Origin: Candidatus Zambryskibacteria bacterium RIFOXYC1_FULL_39_10
Lineage (GTDB): Bacteria > Patescibacteriota > Minisyncoccia > Phycocordibacterales > WO2-35-19
Length of the DNA stretch: 64,000 nucleotides
Reading direction: 5' to 3'
Assembly: GCA_001824275.1 (NCBI GenBank)
Contig: MHWW01000002.1
Location: 13,266-77,265, forward strand
Both the position numbers and the translations under genes were made by a program. The notes beneath the pieces are model-generated. The model was not told the DNA's origin, made no database searches, and saw only the letters and a list, made by a program, of their open reading frames with translations. Shown one piece after another: positions 51,111 through 59,878 of the stretch. Each line of letters starts with the position of its first letter. Positions within the stretch are counted from its first letter, which is position 1.

Positions 51111-51737
51111 TTACCTATAATCCGGCGATTCCTCCATAATACCAACCTTGTGATTAGAATATCGAGCCAAAGCGTAGAGAATACTTGAAAGGCGGTTCAA
51201 ATAAGCCATGGTATATTTACTAATTTGTTTTTTATTTTTACTTTCTTCCCCTGAAACAGGCAAAGCCGGTTGAGCGATGTCCTCAGAAACTGCAATCACT
51301 CGCCTCTCGGCACGTCTCGCAATAGTGCGAGCAATATCAAATATAGCTCCGAGCCCCGCCCCTGACTGTTGCCACTTAGTCACATCGGCAGGACCACCAG
51401 AAACAAAGAAAGACTTGATTGGTGGTAATTCTTTTTCAATTCCATCAATTATTTCTTCCAATTCTTTTACCTTTTTTTCATCGATACTTTTTTCTGCTCC
51501 CGCGAGTTCCGCTTGAACAATAAAAAGATTTTTTTGTATTTCGTGCACAATTTCCGCTAAGCTAGAATCGCCCAATTTAAAATCAAGGAATGCGGCCTGC
51601 ACTTTACAAAGACCTAGAAATGAATTTATTTCATCCAAACTGCCCAAAGCCTCAGTGATATTTGAACTTTTGGAAATTCTTTGGTCACAACCGAATGTCT
51701 TGGTTGTTCCATCATCCCCTTTTTTAGTGTAAAGCAT
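51111..51737 (-). CDS. PduO-type ATP:cob(I)alamin adenosyltransferase
   Basis: YTKKGDDGTT, GSLDEINS, RTIARRAER, YLNRLS. Confidence 0.9.
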   Translation of the reverse strand: MLYTKKGDDGTTKTFGCDQRISKSSNITEALGSLDEINSFLGLCKVQAAFLDFKLGDSSLAEIVHEIQKNLFIVQAELAGAEKSIDEKKVKELEEIIDGIEKELPPIKSFFVSGGPADVTKWQQSGAGLGAIFDIARTIARRAERRVIAVSEDIAQPALPVSGEESKNKKQISKYTMAYLNRLSSILYALARYSNHKVGIMEESPDYR

Positions 51738-51818
51738 CTTTTAAAAATAAATTATAAAAATCAGACCGCACTCAAAAAACGAGTTTCCTCTTCTTCAAAA
51801 GACCAAAGAAGATGCTAA

Positions 51819-52061
51819 TTAAACTTTCTCAACAACTGTTCCCTCTTTCACTTTCTGCTCTGTCTTCATGCCAATGACATCGCCAGAACCAGCTGTTTCG
51901 ACTTGCTTGTGATTTACTTGAAGCGAATCAACTTCTTGTTCAAAATCAGCGCCATGACCCTCAAATTTGACCTTATCGCCGACTTTTAAATTTGCCTCAA
52001 GTTCCACAATAGCAACTCCTAAATGGTCGTAATAATGTGTAACTCTTCCGACCTCTTTCAT
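51819..52061 (-). CDS. Small EF-Tu domain II-like beta-barrel protein
   Basis: VGRVTHYY..GVA...LKVGD...Q.VDSLQ. Confidence 0.75.
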   Translation of the reverse strand: MKEVGRVTHYYDHLGVAIVELEANLKVGDKVKFEGHGADFEQEVDSLQVNHKQVETAGSGDVIGMKTEQKVKEGTVVEKV

Positions 52062-52248
52062 AACTTCTTCATTATACCACCTTGTATTAGATTTTGATAG
52101 GGGGGTTATTTTTAATTACATAACTTATGTACTATCAAAATTCACTACGGGGTACCACAAAAAATATTTTTGGGTATTGCAAAATTTGGATAAAGGAAAG
52201 CCCCATCGTTCGCATTTCGCTACTTGATGAGGCAAAGAATCCCGCCTT

Positions 52249-52716
52249 TTATGCAAAACTCTTGAGTCGGCGTTCAACTTCAAGAATCTGATTTTGGATG
52301 GGAAACAAACAAGCATCAATCAGCCTCCTGTTGACCATCATGCCGGCCTTAGCGAAAGCACCAATCATCTTGTCAACACAGTCGAAAACTTTACCGTTGT
52401 ACGTCAACATCACAGAACTTTCTACTTCCCAAGCTCGAGACCTCGAAATGACTACCTTCGCAAATGTCGCATCCCCGCCGTGGAGCCAATCAAAGTCTCT
52501 TGCATGCACATGGTAATCGATTTGTTCGACACTTACATCATGGTCAATTGTTCGAATTGAAAATGGCGCTACCATTTTCTCCACTGCCTGCAGAGGTGGG
52601 GCTGGTTTAGGTTTTGCCACAACAACTTCCATGGCAGATTTTCCCTGTAAAACAGGCTCAACCTGTATTTCGACTCTTGGCATTTCATACCAAACCACTA
52701 AATCTTCCATGCTCAT
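52249..52716 (-). CDS. Hypothetical protein (stand-alone cassette)
   Basis: 155 aa; TTGTAA-17-TATAAT promoter and GGGAG SD. Confidence 0.62.
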   Translation of the reverse strand: MSMEDLVVWYEMPRVEIQVEPVLQGKSAMEVVVAKPKPAPPLQAVEKMVAPFSIRTIDHDVSVEQIDYHVHARDFDWLHGGDATFAKVVISRSRAWEVESSVMLTYNGKVFDCVDKMIGAFAKAGMMVNRRLIDACLFPIQNQILEVERRLKSFA

Positions 52717-52779
52717 AAGAACTCCCTTCCAAATATATTATAGCATTTATATGTAAAATTACAAGTATTTATTCTAAAA

Positions 52780-52899
52780 TGTGCCCAGGAGAGGACTCGG
52801 TCACAGATAATTTTGTTTTCGTCAAAACAAAATTTCCGCGACCCCGACTCGCGGCCTCGCGTGCTCGCTCGGCATTCGCTCCGTCTTTCTCGTCCTCCA
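52780..52899 (-). mobile_element. tRNA-associated structured insert with a duplicated tRNA-Leu 3' end
   Basis: 20-bp direct repeat 52780-52799 = 52943-52962; 94-nt structured insert in place of the T-loop TT. Confidence 0.7.
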
Positions 52900-52904
52900 G
52901 TAGC

Positions 52905-52943
52905 AATTAAAAAAGACTGGAAAAAATCCAGTCTTTTTTAATT
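52905..52943 (-). terminator. tRNA-Leu terminator
   Basis: AATTAAAAAAGACTGG..CCAGTCTTTTTTAATT. Confidence 0.75.
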
Positions 52944-52944
52944 G

Positions 52945-53026
52945 TGCCCAGGAGAGGACTCGAACCTCCACGCCTTGCGGCTTACCCACCTCAAGGGTAA
53001 ATGTCTACCAATTTCAACACCTGGGC
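52945..53026 (-). tRNA. tRNA-Leu(GAG), CCA not encoded
   Basis: GCCCAGG acceptor, TACCC-TTGAGGT-GGGTA anticodon arm, long variable arm, GGTTCGAGTCC. Confidence 0.93.
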
Positions 53027-53129
53027 AACAATAAAAGTATATCTATTTTTAAGCTTTTTTCAAATTCCTCCCCTCACCTTCGCAAGGTGAGGGGCAACTT
53101 TCCGTAAGGAAAGTGGGGTGGGGTCGTTT

Positions 53130-53594
53130 TTATTCTTTAACTTCTTCAGCCTCCGCCACCTTTTCAGCATTTTCTACAATTTTTTCTTCTACTGCCTCCA
53201 CTTCTTCAATAGTGACGACTTCGGGGAGGGCTTGAGTATTTCTCATTTGTCTTCTAATTTCTTTAGCGGCTTTTTTGCGGATGTGATAGAGTTTGGCGCG
53301 ACGCACTTTGGAGCGCTTGGTCACTTCAATCTTTTCAATCATTGGGGAATATATAGGGAAAATCCTCTCTACTCCAACTCCTGATGCTACTTTTCTCAGT
53401 GTGATAGTGCCACCCACTTCTTTGCCGTGTTTAACCGCCAAACATAGTCCTTCAAAATCCTGTAATCGAGTTTTTGGTTTACCAGTTTTTTTATCCTTCT
53501 CAACAATTTTTTGAGTGACACGAACAGTATCACCAGACTTAACATCTAGCCTCTTTCTCTCTTCTATATTTACTGTTGAAATTTTAATATTCAT
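53130..53594 (-). CDS. rplS: 50S ribosomal protein L19
   Basis: GDTVRV, RLQDFEG, GVGVERIFP..SP, KVRRAKLY. Confidence 0.96.
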   Translation of the reverse strand: MNIKISTVNIEERKRLDVKSGDTVRVTQKIVEKDKKTGKPKTRLQDFEGLCLAVKHGKEVGGTITLRKVASGVGVERIFPIYSPMIEKIEVTKRSKVRRAKLYHIRKKAAKEIRRQMRNTQALPEVVTIEEVEAVEEKIVENAEKVAEAEEVKE

Positions 53595-53599
53595 ATGAT

Positions 53600-54448
53600 T
53601 TATCTCTTCTTACCCACCTTTCTTCTGCTAACAATAAACTTGTTTGAATACTTTTTGGATCGGCGAGATTTCTGACCCTTGCCAGTTGGTTTGCCCCATA
53701 GGGAAATCGCTCTTCGACGACCTCTACCTTGTCTACCCTCACCTCCACCGTGTGGATGATCAACTGGGTTCATAGCTGTACCACGAACAGTTGGGCGAAT
53801 GCCTTTCCAACGGCTTTTGCCCGCTTTACCATAATTTTCAAGTCTTTTTTCTTCATTTGAAACTTCTCCAATACTTGCCCAGCAAGTTTCTTTAACTTTA
53901 CGTATTTCAGTAGAAGGCATTTTTAAATCAACAGAGCCAGCGTCTTTAGCAATCACCTGGACGAAGTTTCCAGCCGAACGAGCAATCCTTGCTCCGCCTT
54001 TTGGCTTGAGTTCAACATTGTAAACCGAAGCACCAACGGGGATTTCTCGAAGAGGCAACCGGTTACCTTGTTTTATTTCTGCATTTTCTGCGGTCACTAA
54101 TTCTTCGCCAACTTTGACACTTTTTGGCAAAAGAACATATCTTTTTTCACCATCTTTATAAACTGCTTGACCAATAAAACCAGTGCGGTTTGGATCGTAT
54201 TCAACCGAAACAATTTTATAAGGAATATTTATTTTATTGTATTTAAAATCTATCTCTCTGTATAACCTCTTGTGGCCTCCACCTTTGTGGCGGACAGTGA
54301 TCCGGCCAGCGCTGTTTCTACCCACCGCCCTTTTTCTACCAAAAGTAAGAGCTTTCAACGGTTTGTTTTTGGTCAAAATTGATTTCAAAGAGACGACTGT
54401 CATGCCTCTTCTTGATTTTGATGTTGGTTTGTAAGTTTTGATTGCCAT
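53600..54448 (-). CDS. rplB: 50S ribosomal protein L2
   Basis: GRITVRHKGGG, EYDPNR, RPTVRGTAMNPVDHPHGGG. Confidence 0.98.
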   Translation of the reverse strand: MAIKTYKPTSKSRRGMTVVSLKSILTKNKPLKALTFGRKRAVGRNSAGRITVRHKGGGHKRLYREIDFKYNKINIPYKIVSVEYDPNRTGFIGQAVYKDGEKRYVLLPKSVKVGEELVTAENAEIKQGNRLPLREIPVGASVYNVELKPKGGARIARSAGNFVQVIAKDAGSVDLKMPSTEIRKVKETCWASIGEVSNEEKRLENYGKAGKSRWKGIRPTVRGTAMNPVDHPHGGGEGRQGRGRRRAISLWGKPTGKGQKSRRSKKYSNKFIVSRRKVGKKR

Positions 54449-54452
54449 AATA

Positions 54453-54740
54453 TTATTCTATCTTATCTCCCTTTTTTAAATAAACATACGCCTTTTTCAC
54501 TCCCGCCTTCACTCCCTTTTTGCCACGCAAAAATACTTTTTTGGCTGGGTTTCTGACGATTCTGATTTTGATTGGGTTTATTTTATAAAAAATTTTGATT
54601 GCTCCTGCAACTTGCAATTTAGTCGCCGATGAGGCGACCTCAAAAGTATAAACATTATTTTCCAATACCAACGAAGCCTTTTCGGTGATTCTAGGCCTTA
54701 TCAAAATGTCGGCGTATTTTGCTTTTAAATCAGTTACCAT
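54453..54740 (-). CDS. rplW: 50S ribosomal protein L23
   Basis: PRITEKA, YTFEV, KKAYVYL. Confidence 0.95.
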   Translation of the reverse strand: MVTDLKAKYADILIRPRITEKASLVLENNVYTFEVASSATKLQVAGAIKIFYKINPIKIRIVRNPAKKVFLRGKKGVKAGVKKAYVYLKKGDKIE

Positions 54741-54780
54741 GTTAGTTAATTGAAAAATTAAATGATTGAAAATTGAAAGA

Positions 54781-55440
54781 TTATTTTAGTCGGGATAATA
54801 AAGTTGGAATCGATTTATCAGGATTAGCTACTATTAAATATTTATATTGCAAAATATCAAGCACATTCAAATCTTTTATCTGCCCCACTTCCAAATTGCC
54901 GAAATTATTAAAACTTTTTGAAACCGCTTCGTCTTTACCTTGCAAGGCGATGAATGCCGCATTTTTCCTTCTCGCAAGTGAGCTAATCTCTTTTATTTTT
55001 GAAAGTGCGGAAATGATGCTTTTTGCGTCTTTTGTTTTTGGTGCCCGAAGTGAAATATCATCCAAAAATACGACTTCCCCATCTTTAAATTTGCTTGAGA
55101 TAACAGTAAAGAGCGCTTTGGTCTTCATCTTTTTATTTATTTTTCTAGAATAGTCTTTGTCGTTTCTTGGACCATGTGTGATACCACCACCTACCCAGAT
55201 TGGGCTGCGTCTAGAGCCGTGTCTTGCTCGGCCAGTGCCTTTTTGTCTCCAAGGCTTCATACCGGTACCGGCAACCTCGCCTCTGTTTTTGGTGTGAGCG
55301 ATCGGGGTCCTTTCGTTAGCCGCCATAGATGTTGCCACCTGATGCACCAATGATTCATTCCAAGGCAAACCAAAAATATTCTCTGGAAGTTTTATTTTCC
55401 CCGCTTCGGTTCCTTTTTGATTGTAAACTGTTGCTTCCAT
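54781..55440 (-). CDS. rplD: 50S ribosomal protein L4
   Basis: KPWRQKGTGRARHGS, GGG..HGP. Confidence 0.97.
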   Translation of the reverse strand: MEATVYNQKGTEAGKIKLPENIFGLPWNESLVHQVATSMAANERTPIAHTKNRGEVAGTGMKPWRQKGTGRARHGSRRSPIWVGGGITHGPRNDKDYSRKINKKMKTKALFTVISSKFKDGEVVFLDDISLRAPKTKDAKSIISALSKIKEISSLARRKNAAFIALQGKDEAVSKSFNNFGNLEVGQIKDLNVLDILQYKYLIVANPDKSIPTLLSRLK

Positions 55441-55480
55441 TTTTTTAATTTATAAATTTAGGTTAATTAGAATAATTAGG

Positions 55481-56098
55481 TTAATTTCCCCTAATTTCTA
55501 CAAGCGTTCCTCTTCGTCCAGGCACTGCGCCCGAAACCAGCATTATATTGTTTTCTTGATCAATGCCAATCACTTTAAGGTTTTTGACGGTGATTCTATC
55601 ACTTCCTGTTCGGCCGGCCATTCTCATACCTTTGATAACCTTGCCTCCAGCACGACCACCACCACCGATAGATCCCGGTTCCCTTTCTGAATGCTTCTGT
55701 CCGTGGCTCCTTGGTCCTCCATGGAAACCATGCCTTTTGACTACTCCCTGAAAACCTTTACCTTTTGAAATAGCGGAAACATTTATGCTATCTCCAACCG
55801 CAAAGGACTCCAATGAAATCTTATCTCCTTTATTAAAAACAGAACTATCAGTCACTCTAAATTCTTTCAAAACTGCTAAATTGCCGAGCTCTTTAAGGTG
55901 ACCTTTGACCGGTTTTGACATGTTTTTTTCTCGGCGGGTGCCAGCTCCTATTTGCACCGCAGTATAACCATCCTTCTCCTTGGTCTTTATTTGAGAAATG
56001 GTCACAGGTTGCGCACTCAAAATGGTGGCTGGTTGCACCTTGCCATCTTCCCCAAAGATTTGGGTCATATTCACTTTTTTAGCCAGTATAAATTTCAT
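55481..56098 (-). CDS. rplC: 50S ribosomal protein L3
   Basis: MTQIF, DGYTAVQ, KGKGFQGVVKRH, GAVPG. Confidence 0.97.
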   Translation of the reverse strand: MKFILAKKVNMTQIFGEDGKVQPATILSAQPVTISQIKTKEKDGYTAVQIGAGTRREKNMSKPVKGHLKELGNLAVLKEFRVTDSSVFNKGDKISLESFAVGDSINVSAISKGKGFQGVVKRHGFHGGPRSHGQKHSEREPGSIGGGGRAGGKVIKGMRMAGRTGSDRITVKNLKVIGIDQENNIMLVSGAVPGRRGTLVEIRGN

Positions 56099-56179
56099 AT
56101 AAAAAACGCCATTCGGCTTTTAGTAAAATAACAAATATCACAATAAATTGCAAGTCAGCTGAGCAACTTAACCATATTT

Positions 56180-56410
56180 TTAAAGATTTTTGATAATAAT
56201 GTTATATTCTTCTGCTGTTATACCCAACAAACGAATATTGTTGTGAATTATGAAAAGTTCAAGTTGTTTTCTTCTAGGTAATACGATCGGGCGGGATATT
56301 CCCTGTTTCCAGTACACCCTATGATCACCTTTTTCTCGCACAAATTCACACCCCACATACAAAAGAAATTTTTCAAATTTCTTCCAATGTATGCGAGATA
56401 TTTTTGGCAT
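56180..56410 (-). CDS. hicA: HicA family toxin
   Basis: L...G...VREKGDH. Confidence 0.82.
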   Translation of the reverse strand: MPKISRIHWKKFEKFLLYVGCEFVREKGDHRVYWKQGISRPIVLPRRKQLELFIIHNNIRLLGITAEEYNIIIKNL

Positions 56411-56413
56411 AAT

Positions 56414-56695
56414 TTATACAGTTACAGGCAACATGCCGTGTGATACAAAAATTGGAGGCATCCATTGACTTGTTTTAGAAATTTTTTTCCAACCCAAAGA
56501 AGACAAGACCTCATCAACAGTGCCGTGTATTAATATTTCTTCCATAAAAATACTTACCGCCTCAGCAATATTTTTTTCAGCCTCTTTTAAGGTTTTACCA
56601 GCACTAGATAAATCTAAAGCAGGAGTATAAGCAACAAATGATTTGTCTTCTTTAAAATAACTTACTGGAACATTTATTTTCATACGAGCCTTCAT
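56414..56695 (-). CDS. hicB: HicB-like antitoxin (no DNA-binding domain)
   Basis: FVAYTPALDLSSAGKTLKEAEKNIAEAV. Confidence 0.82.
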   Translation of the reverse strand: MKARMKINVPVSYFKEDKSFVAYTPALDLSSAGKTLKEAEKNIAEAVSIFMEEILIHGTVDEVLSSLGWKKISKTSQWMPPIFVSHGMLPVTV

Positions 56696-56800
56696 AAACT
56701 CTAATATACCAAAATATGCCATAAACGACAATCCCCAATCAAAATTGACGTTTTACCCTCCCCCGCTATAATAAAATCATTAACAAATAACTAAAATATT

Positions 56801-57151
56801 ATGGGAATGGAATCATCTGGCGTAGCGCCAAAACAAGAAGTTGACTTACAGGCCGACTTACAGGCCTTAAAAGACATGTTAGAAAAAAGAGGAATAGACC
56901 CAGAAAAAACCCTCGAAGCAATCAATGATTTCAAGGAAGCACAGCGAGGACTTAGTGATGCGATGGCACACTATAACGAGCAGGCGGCAAGACTAGCAGA
57001 AGCTAATGGCTACCCAATGACAGAAGAACAAGAAGCTAAGTTTCCAGCAATGAACATGAGAGTAGATAATGACCTAAGAACATATTTGAGACTCAAAGGT
57101 TCATCAGAACCAGAAAACAAAAACGAAGATCTGCCCGTCGAACTTTTATAA
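56801..57151 (+). CDS. Hypothetical protein
   Basis: 116 aa; TTGACG..TATAAT upstream; terminator at 57154-57187. Confidence 0.65.
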   Translation: MGMESSGVAPKQEVDLQADLQALKDMLEKRGIDPEKTLEAINDFKEAQRGLSDAMAHYNEQAARLAEANGYPMTEEQEAKFPAMNMRVDNDLRTYLRLKGSSEPENKNEDLPVELL

Positions 57152-57263
57152 ACAATCAAAAAACCACCGAGAGGTGGTTTTTTGATTTATGTGCTTAGCG
57201 TGTGTTTCGCGCCTTCCCTCTCCTCAGTCGAGGAGAGGGCCACACGAAGTGAGGGGTGAGGTT

Positions 57264-57641
57264 TTACATTATCTTCACATCAATATTCACACCTGATGGC
57301 AAAGAGAGATTGGTCAGAGCGTCCATTATTTTAGGAGAAGGGTTTATGATATCAATCACTCTCCTATGCACTCGCATCTCAAACTGCTCACGAGCGTTTT
57401 TGTATACGAATGGAGAGCGGTTGACAGTCCACTTCTTTATTTCAGTGGGCAGTGGTATTGGCCCAACTATTTTGGCATCATATCTCATAGCAGTATCAAT
57501 AATCTGCTTAACCGAAAGATCAAGCACTTTATACTCATAAGCCATCACTCTGATGCGCAACTTAGAAATAGGCTCTTCTTTTTTAGAAGATTTCTTAGGT
57601 TTTGCTACTTTTTTTTCTTTTTTTAATGTACTCTCAGCCAT
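57264..57641 (-). CDS. rpsJ: 30S ribosomal protein S10
   Basis: GPIPLPT, RSP..K.AREQFEMRVH. Confidence 0.96.
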   Translation of the reverse strand: MAESTLKKEKKVAKPKKSSKKEEPISKLRIRVMAYEYKVLDLSVKQIIDTAMRYDAKIVGPIPLPTEIKKWTVNRSPFVYKNAREQFEMRVHRRVIDIINPSPKIMDALTNLSLPSGVNIDVKIM

Positions 57642-57647
57642 TTTATC

Positions 57648-58850
57648 TTACGCTACAATCTTGGTTACCACTCCAGCCCCCACAGTCTTGCCTCCTTCAC
57701 GGATAGCAAATCTCTGCTTTTCTTCTAGGGCTACTGGAGCTACTAATTTAACTTTGAAAGTGACAGTGTCGCCAGGCATAACCATTTCTACTCCTTCATT
57801 TAGGGTAACTTCTCCGGTGACATCAGTAGTTCTGATATAGAACTGGGGTTTGTAACCAGTGAAAAATGGAGTGTGTCGGCCACCTTCTTCTTTCTTTAAG
57901 ATGTAAACTTCGGCTTCAAAGTCAGTGTGAGGAGTGACGGAACCCGGTTTAGCGATAACTTGACCTCGGTGCACGTCTTCCTTCTTGAGACCACGGAGGA
58001 GGATTCCTGCGTTGTCTCCAGCTTGTCCCTCTTGAAGTTGTTTATTAAACATTTCGATACCGGTGATAGTTGTCTTCTGAGCGTCTTTCAAACCAATGAT
58101 TTCCATTTCTTCACCAATCTTTACGATACCTCTTTCAATTTTACCAGTAACTACAGTACCTCTACCTTCAATTGAGAAGATGTCTTCAATCGGCATAAGA
58201 AAAGGTTTATCAAGCTCACGAACAGGAGTTGGAATGTAAGATTCTAATGCAGCAACCAAATCAACTATTTTTGTAGCCCATTCATCTTCCAAACTACCCG
58301 CTTCAAGAGCCTTAAGGCCTGAACCGCGGATAATAGGAGTAGCGGCACCATCGTAATGGTTTTTGGTCAAAAGTTCGCGAACTTCTTCTTCAACCAAGTC
58401 AATCAAATCTTGCTCAGGCACCATATCGCACTTATTAAGGAAAACGATAATTTTAGGCACACCAACTTGGTGAGCCAAAAGGATGTGCTCTCTAGTCTGA
58501 GGCATCACACCGTCAGTAGCGGCTACCACCAAGATAGCACCATCCATCTGAGCGGCACCAGTAATCATGTTTTTAATATAATCGGCGTGTCCCGGAGCAT
58601 CGATGTGAGCATAGTGTCTTGCGGGAGTCCAATACTCGCTGTGGTGCAAGGCAATAGTAATTCCACGAGCTTTTTCCTCAGGGGCATTATCAATATTACC
58701 AACTTCTTCAACTCTAGCACCGAATCCTTCGGCCTTTTTCATGTCGAGGACTTTAAGAATTGCCGCCGTCAAAGTGGTTTTGCCGTGGTCGACGTGACCG
58801 ACGGTACCAACGTTTACGTGAGGCTTGGAACGATCAAAAGCTTCTGCCAT
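57648..58850 (-). CDS. tuf: Elongation factor Tu
   Basis: [31 protein letters not shown]. Confidence 0.98.
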   Translation of the reverse strand: MAEAFDRSKPHVNVGTVGHVDHGKTTLTAAILKVLDMKKAEGFGARVEEVGNIDNAPEEKARGITIALHHSEYWTPARHYAHIDAPGHADYIKNMITGAAQMDGAILVVAATDGVMPQTREHILLAHQVGVPKIIVFLNKCDMVPEQDLIDLVEEEVRELLTKNHYDGAATPIIRGSGLKALEAGSLEDEWATKIVDLVAALESYIPTPVRELDKPFLMPIEDIFSIEGRGTVVTGKIERGIVKIGEEMEIIGLKDAQKTTITGIEMFNKQLQEGQAGDNAGILLRGLKKEDVHRGQVIAKPGSVTPHTDFEAEVYILKKEEGGRHTPFFTGYKPQFYIRTTDVTGEVTLNEGVEMVMPGDTVTFKVKLVAPVALEEKQRFAIREGGKTVGAGVVTKIVA

Positions 58851-58956
58851 AATATTTTGATTAAATAATGAATAAATTTTTTGGTGCAATAAAAAAGCAC
58901 CTTTTTTATCAATAGACTATATATTAACAAAATAAAAAAAGAAGTCAAATATTTAG

Positions 58957-59559
58957 TTATGGCTGCATATAACAACCAGGAGTAACGCCAATATCGCTGC
59001 CATTTTGGACATTGCTGTAGGCTGCATATTCACCCTTTCTACCACTACTGCCAGAACAATACCATTTGCCTTTGTTTAGATATATCATAAAAGAATATGT
59101 ACTGGCACAACCAAGCCCAGTATTAGAATATATTTTATAAGCTCCCGGAGTACTCCACCCATTTTCACCGGCATTATTAAATATACTTTTGCAAATTGCT
59201 CTTGCTTCATTCACATAGCTTCCAGAAAATACAGTATCGCAAGTGCCACCACCAGCAGTAATCCAGCCATATTGAAGATTGCAGTAAGATCCAGTTGCAG
59301 AATATTCTAGGGCCATCAAATTTGCCATTTGACCCATCGCCAATTTTACTGCTGCATCCTTTGCTCTATTACGAGAATTGTTGAGATTTGCCATCACAAT
59401 ACTTGAAAGCACACCAATAATAGCGATGACTATCAAAAGTTCTATGAGGGTAAACCCAGCACTGAAAAATGGCATCGTGGTTTCCCCACGCTTCGTAGAA
59501 GCAATGCCGTTTTCTAGTGACTGGGTAAATCCTTTTCTGTTTTCTCTCCAAAAAAACAT
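58957..59559 (-). CDS. Type IV pilin-like protein with a palindromic leader insertion
   Basis: AG/FTLIELLIVIAIIG; an earlier KGFT 25 codons upstream. Confidence 0.85.
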   Translation of the reverse strand: MFFWRENRKGFTQSLENGIASTKRGETTMPFFSAGFTLIELLIVIAIIGVLSSIVMANLNNSRNRAKDAAVKLAMGQMANLMALEYSATGSYCNLQYGWITAGGGTCDTVFSGSYVNEARAICKSIFNNAGENGWSTPGAYKIYSNTGLGCASTYSFMIYLNKGKWYCSGSSGRKGEYAAYSNVQNGSDIGVTPGCYMQP

Positions 59560-59560
59560 T

Positions 59561-59860
59561 TTATGCAAATATTCCAGCAGTGGCGCGCTTGAGACGCGAG
59601 AGCTCTTCCGAGACTATCTGGTTGAACCCCGGCACCTTTGACTTGAGGAAACCAATGACTTTTTGGTAATCGCTCCCTGCTTCGCTTACGGTATTTTCAA
59701 ATTCTGCTATCATTTCTTCATCCATTACATCTATTGCCCTTTCCACCACCGATTCAAAAAGTAGGTTGCCTATTTTTTCAACCATTTCCTCTTGTTCTCG
59801 AGAATCCATATTGTCGAGTCCAAAATCCTTTGCTATTTTTTTATTTATTTCATCGCTCAT
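59561..59860 (-). CDS. Small acidic helical protein (DUF5663-like)
   Basis: FGLDNM..EQEEM...G..L....P. Confidence 0.65.
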   Translation of the reverse strand: MSDEINKKIAKDFGLDNMDSREQEEMVEKIGNLLFESVVERAIDVMDEEMIAEFENTVSEAGSDYQKVIGFLKSKVPGFNQIVSEELSRLKRATAGIFA

Positions 59861-59878
59861 TTTATCTATTTATATATT

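Noticed and set aside
52780-52962. Prophage or genomic island attL/attR at tRNA-Leu
   Set aside because: The repeats are only 163 bp apart and no integrase or phage genes are nearby; reported instead as a small structured insert.
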